32,000 bases of DNA from Chlamydiales bacterium (GTDB lineage: Bacteria > Chlamydiota > Chlamydiia > Chlamydiales > SM23-39): contig OZ253438.1 in the NCBI GenBank assembly GCA_965261025.1, positions 690,001 to 722,000 on the forward strand, read 5' to 3'. The notes beneath the pieces are model-generated. The model did not search any database and was not told the origin of the DNA. It was given only the letters and a program-made list of their open reading frames with translations. The position numbers were made by a program, and so were the translations under genes. Positions 30,621 to 32,000 of the stretch are shown piece after piece. The stretch's first letter is position 1, and every line of letters starts with the position of its first letter.

Positions 30621-32000
30621 ATGTCCCCTTTGAATAAAATAGGCTCCTCTTATAAGGGCTTCGTTCTTTCTAAAAAACTGTTTTTAGAAGAGATAGAAGC
30701 CACTCTTTTCGAACTGGTTCATACACAAACAGGAGCTACTGTACTGCATCTTTGCTGTGAAGATGAAGAGAACGCCTTTTGTTTTGCTCTTCCTACCTAC
30801 CCTAGCTCTTCCAACGGCGCCCCTCATATCTTGGAGCACATTGTTCTTTGTGGTTCTAAAAAATATCCTGTCAAAGATCCTTTTTTTGCTATGACAAGAA
30901 GGAGTGTAGCTACTTTTATGAACGCGATGACGGGGCCTGATTTTACCCTTTACTTAGCAAGCTCCCAAGTAGAAAAGGACTTTTTTCATCTCATGCAAGT
31001 CTATTTAGATGCGGTATTTTTTCCCGAACTAAAAAAGATGAGTTTTTTACAGGAAGGACATAGACTTGAGCTAAAAGATCCTAAGGACATGAATTCCCCT
31101 CTTATTTTCCAGGGAGTTGTCTTCAATGAGATGAAAGGTTCTATGGGCTCTTCTGATTCTAGATTATTTCACCACCTCTTAGAAAATCTTTTTCCCGATC
31201 TCCCTTACGCCTATAACTCAGGAGGAGATCCTGCAGAAATCCCTCTTCTAAGCTACCAAGAGCTGTTGGAATTTCATAAAACCTTTTACCAGCCCTCTCA
31301 CTGCCTTTTCTACTTCTATGGCAATATTGCTCTGGAAAAGCATCTTGATTTTCTCCAAGAAAACCTGCTGAGTAAAAAGGAAAAAAGTAATTATCTTGCC
31401 CCTTTCCCTTTACAACCAAGATTTACCTCCCCTGTTTTTGTAGAAAAACCCTATCCCATCTCAAAGGAGCAAAAAAAAGAACCTCATACAATAGTTTCCT
31501 TTTCCTGGTTAACTTCCCCCTTAAACGAACAAAAAGAGATTTTAGCTCTTTCTCTTTTAGATACTATTTTAATGGAGCATGATGCTTCCTTGCTAAAAAA
31601 AGAGCTTTTAAAAGCAAATTTAGCAGGAGAGTTCTATGCTTTTTTAGATACCGAACTGAGTGAAGTTCCTTGGATTCTTATAGCTAAGGGAGTAGAAAAG
31701 AAAAAGGTAGAAAAGTTGCGCCTGCTTATTTTCGAAACACTCGAAAAAATAGCCTCTTCTTCTATTGCCAAGGAAAGAGTAGAAGCGGCTATGCATCAAA
31801 TGGAATTTTCCCGATTAGAAATCTCAGGGGGAGGTCTTCCTTACGGTCTTTCCCTTTTTATGAGAGCAGGCCTTTTAAAAATGCAAGGCTCCAAAGCAGA
31901 AGAGGCTTTAAAAATTCATACTTTATTGCAAGCGCTAGAAAAAGACCTAAAAGACCCTCTATATCTACCTTCTTTAATCGAAAAGTATTGGATCATGAAC
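30621..32000 (+). CDS. Zinc metalloprotease, peptidase M16 (PreP/insulinase-like), 3'-truncated by the window edge
   Basis: The frame from ATG 30621 runs open to the window end and is not in the ORF track because it has no stop. It carries the inverted zinc motif APHILEHIVLCGS (HxxEH) and the downstream FNEMKG, typical of M16C/PreP. Confidence 0.85.
   Translation, partial: MSPLNKIGSSYKGFVLSKKLFLEEIEATLFELVHTQTGATVLHLCCEDEENAFCFALPTYPSSSNGAPHILEHIVLCGSKKYPVKDPFFAMTRRSVATFMNAMTGPDFTLYLASSQVEKDFFHLMQVYLDAVFFPELKKMSFLQEGHRLELKDPKDMNSPLIFQGVVFNEMKGSMGSSDSRLFHHLLENLFPDLPYAYNSGGDPAEIPLLSYQELLEFHKTFYQPSHCLFYFYGNIALEKHLDFLQENLLSKKEKSNYLAPFPLQPRFTSPVFVEKPYPISKEQKKEPHTIVSFSWLTSPLNEQKEILALSLLDTILMEHDASLLKKELLKANLAGEFYAFLDTELSEVPWILIAKGVEKKKVEKLRLLIFETLEKIASSSIAKERVEAAMHQMEFSRLEISGGGLPYGLSLFMRAGLLKMQGSKAEEALKIHTLLQALEKDLKDPLYLPSLIEKYWIMN

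Noticed and set aside
31159-31419. Minus-strand 86-aa ORF
   Set aside because: It is antisense to the open M16 peptidase frame (HxxEH protein), which runs from 30621 to the window end.
1-32000. CRISPR arrays, rRNA genes, intact IS or prophage, toxin-antitoxin pairs
   Set aside because: I noticed no regularly spaced direct repeats, no rRNA-like sequence, and no integrase, transposase or phage structural genes apart from the TnpB relic. I also saw no small adjacent ORF pairs with toxin-antitoxin-like features.

Overview
This is an AT-rich, roughly 90% coding chromosomal segment. It holds about 30 protein genes, one tRNA truncated at the left edge, and one decayed IS element. No rRNA, CRISPR array or intact mobile element is visible.

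The gene content points to Chlamydiota, probably an environmental or amoeba-associated lineage; this assignment is inference. The supporting genes are:
- a SWIB-domain protein with a histone-like basic tail
- a SET-domain protein
- a TyrP-type permease
- proteins with Inc-like bilobed hydrophobic domains
- a tandem-SH3b secreted protein
- NrdA with three ATP-cones, a class Ic-type NrdB (Phe at the radical site) and tandem NrdR boxes

The backbone genes are infA, sufE, tyrP, two Bcr/CflA MFS pumps, pncA-pncB, def, mscS, a DEAD-box helicase, alkylation-repair genes, a PIN-PhoH2 ATPase, rmuC, pssA, nrdAB and an M16 peptidase.

The observations most worth follow-up are:
1. A 365-aa Hint+LAGLIDADG intein sits inside specificity loop 2 of the otherwise intact NrdA. 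It has canonical Cys1, TxxH and His-Asn, but the first C-extein residue is Gly, which the canonical splicing mechanism cannot use.
2. Two in-frame module fusions retain the downstream module's Met at the joint: YchJ-like::peptide deformylase, and Ada-Zn-like::AGT(Ogt)::Tag.
3. Three candidate secreted or Inc-like proteins are present, one of them embedded in the def-pncB-pncA operon.
4. A frameshifted TnpB (IS200/IS605) relic is present.
5. A stand-alone COG1373 ATPase-nuclease gene is present.

All functional calls come from motif recognition by eye; no database search was run.
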